From positions 1,484,850-1,548,849 of the forward strand of contig OV788638.1 of NCBI GenBank assembly GCA_928721565.1: a stretch of 64,000 bases of DNA. The letters are read 5' to 3'. Made by a program: the position numbers and the translations under genes. This document shows positions 61,729 to 64,000 of the stretch, one piece after another (position 1 is the first letter of the stretch; every line of letters begins with the position of its first letter). The notes below the pieces were generated by a model. It saw only the letters and a list, made by a program, of their open reading frames with translations, made no database searches and had not been told where the DNA came from. Source of the DNA: an uncultured Clostridia bacterium. GTDB taxonomy: Bacteria; Bacillota; Clostridia; TANB77; CAG-508.

Positions 61729-64000
61729 TTCTCCTTAATTCTCACCAAAGTATTAAGAGCATCAATAGGAGTAAGTTCATTCAAATCAACCTTATCAAGT
61801 CTCATGTGCAATCTCAGCTAATTTAAAATTAAACATATCAAATTGACCTTCAACCACTTTTTTATTTTCCTTTTTTTGCTTTTTTACCAGTAAGCATACT
61901 TTTTCTTTCCAAAGTTCTTAAAATTTCGTCAGCTCTTTTTGTAACAACTTTAGGTACACCTGCTAAGACGAGCTACATGGATACCATAACTTTCATCTGT
62001 TCCACCTTCAACAATTTTTCTTAAAAAGATAATGTCTTCACCTTTTTCTTTTACTGCAATTGAATAATTCTTTATTCCTTCTTGCTTGTCTGCAAGTTCT
62101 ATTAATTCATGATAATGTGTTGCAAATAATGTTTTTGCTCCACATTTTTCTTTATCTGCAATATATTCTGCAACAGCCCATGCAATAGATAAGTCCATCA
62201 TATGTTGATGTTCCTCTACCTATTTCATCTAATATAACTAAACTGTTTTCTGTTGCTTCTTTTAAGTATTGTTGCAACTTCCATCATTTCTACCATAAAT
62301 GTACTTTGTCCCATACTTAAATCATCTGATGCACCAACTCTTGTAAAGATTTTGTCTACTACTCCAATTTGTGCTTCTGTTGCTGGTACAAAACTTCCCA
62401 CTTGTGCCATTAATGTAATTAATGCTACTTGCCTCATATATGTAGACTTACCAGCCATATTAGGTCCTGTTATTATTGCTAAGTCTATCTCCATCTTTAT
62501 CAAGATATGTATCATTTGGTACAAAATTTCCGCTTCCTATCATTTTTTCAATTACAGGATGTCTTCCTTCTTTTATGTTAATAATTCCATCATCTTTTAC
62601 AACAGGCATACAATAATTCATATCTTCTGCGACTTGTGCAAATGAAGCTAAAACATCTAGTGTTGATACTACATTTGCTGTTTTTTGCAATCTTTTTATA
62701 TTTTTAGCAATTTCTGTCCTTATTTCTACAAATGCATTATATTCAAGGTTTACTAACTTTTCTTCTGCTCCTAAAATTTGATTTTCTATTGTCTTTAATT
62801 CTTCTGTTATATATCTTTCTCCTGTTGTTAATGTTTGTTTTCTTATAAATCTTTCAGGTACTTGTGATACAAATGATTTTGAAACTTCTATATAATATCC
62901 AAATACTTTGTTATATCCAACTTTTAAAGTTTTAATTCCTGTTTTTTCTTTTTCATCTGCTTCTAATTTTGCAAGCCAAGTCTTTCCTTCTGTTGATGCT
63001 CTTTTTAATGTATCTATTTCTTCATCATATCCAAGTTTTATTATTCCACCATCTTTTATTGTCATAGGCGGATCTTCTACAATTGACTTTATCTATTAAT
63101 TCAAATATATCTTTTAATTCATCTAAATTTTCATATAATTCTTTCAATTTATCTGATTGACACATCTTCTAAAACACTTTTTACTTCTGGTAATCTTTCT
63201 AATGAATTCTTTAAGTGTTATCATATCTCTTGCATTTGCATTACCATAAGCCATCTTTCCTGCTAGACGTTCTATATCATATACCTTTTTTAATGTTTCT
63301 GTAATATCTCCTCTAAGCATCATATTATCTTTTAATTCTTTTACCGCATCTAATCTTTCTTGAATATCTTTAACATCCAAAAGTGGATCATTTAACCATC
63401 TTCTTAACATACGTCCTCCCATTGATGTTGATGTTTTATCTAATACCCAAAGTAGATGTTCCTTTTTTGCTTTTATCTCTCATTTTTTCAGTTATTTCTA
63501 GATTTCTTCTTGCATTTATATCTAATGACATATATTTTGACAAACTATAAATTGTTATTGTATTAATATGTTCTAAGCTTGTCATTTGAGTTTCATTTAA
63601 ATATTCTAATAATGCATTTATTGATTTAACAGCTAATGGCTTCTTTCTTTTAGATTTCCTACTTCTCTTTTATTTTCAATTATATTGTAATCTAATTGAT
63701 AAGTTTCCAACATCATCTGTAAAGAATTTATCACTAAATCTACTCATATACATAGAAAATCTTTCACTTATTTTATCATTTCTTCTTGGCATTCAAACAT
63801 CATAGAATTTGCAATTATTTCTGATGGAGCAAATCTTGCTATTTCATCTAATAATAGTGCAAAATTATTTTCGCCTTTGATTTCACTACTATAAAATTCT
63901 CCTGTTGAAATGTCACATACACTTATTCCAAAATAAATTCCAGTTTTGCATATACACATTATATAATTGTTTTTCTTTTCTTCAAGCAGATTGACTTTCT
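61729..64000 (-). CDS. mutS: DNA mismatch repair protein MutS (partial; N-terminus beyond the window; multiple frameshifts)
   Basis: Walker [14 protein letters not shown] (62225..62524), C-terminal [10 protein letters not shown] (61950..62201), and the lever/clamp and connector regions in three further overlapping fragments. Confidence 0.8.

Noticed and set aside
1-64000. CRISPR arrays, rRNA genes, IS transposases
   Set aside because: No short direct repeats with regular spacers and no rRNA-like GC-rich blocks are present. The only recombinase is the large serine recombinase at 40755..42296.

Overview
This is a very low-GC (~28%) chromosomal window from a spore-forming Firmicute, probably Clostridia. 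I base that on a cotJA-cotJB-cotJC spore-coat operon, LPXTG/sortase surface proteins, and the gene orders tig-clpP-clpX and rimP-nusA-ylxR-infB-rbfA-nrnA-truB. Most genes lie on the minus strand.

Housekeeping genes I recognise: mutL, rdgB plus a second Ham1-family paralog, clpB, tRNA-Tyr, tRNA-Met(CAT), oleate hydratase, secA, guaA, murD, cmk-like, clpX, clpP, tig, a NodB deacetylase, metG, truB, nrnA, rbfA, infB, nusA, rimP and mutS.

Accessory content:
- A sortase-linked cohesin/dockerin surface operon at 0.9-6.2 kb.
- A tRNA-adjacent island at 13.6-18.2 kb: YhcG PD-(D/E)XK nuclease, a 752-aa HExxH protein and two unknowns.
- An operon at 29.5-32.2 kb pairing a zinc-finger-less ClpX paralog with a beta-CASP MBL nuclease that carries an in-frame TGA.
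- A large serine recombinase island at 38.4-44.5 kb with an RNA-ligase-like protein, a DUF4143 ATPase and two unknowns.
- Three cytidylate-kinase-like domains, two of them in unusual fusions (to a MATE transporter and to a ParB-like domain).
- Two small peptide genes missing from the ORF track.

The most striking signal is a GC-rich quasi-palindromic ~31-bp element, consensus TGTTCATTTGGGACCGGTTCTTAAATGAACA, present in 11 copies at 6 intergenic loci. It mostly occurs as tandem pairs spaced 32-33 bp, and its flanking arms covary so the hairpin is preserved. Pairs sit directly between the promoter and the ribosome-binding site of both clpB and clpP. Other pairs bracket the recombinase island. 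It matches none of the CtsR, CIRCE or Cheo-box consensi. I think it is either a new stress-regulon operator / RNA leader structure or a REP-like structured repeat.

The last ~8 kb (rbfA-infB leader, infB through mutS) and one homopolymer in the dockerin gene carry many frameshifts in essential genes. These are most likely sequencing indels, so gene calls there are approximate.
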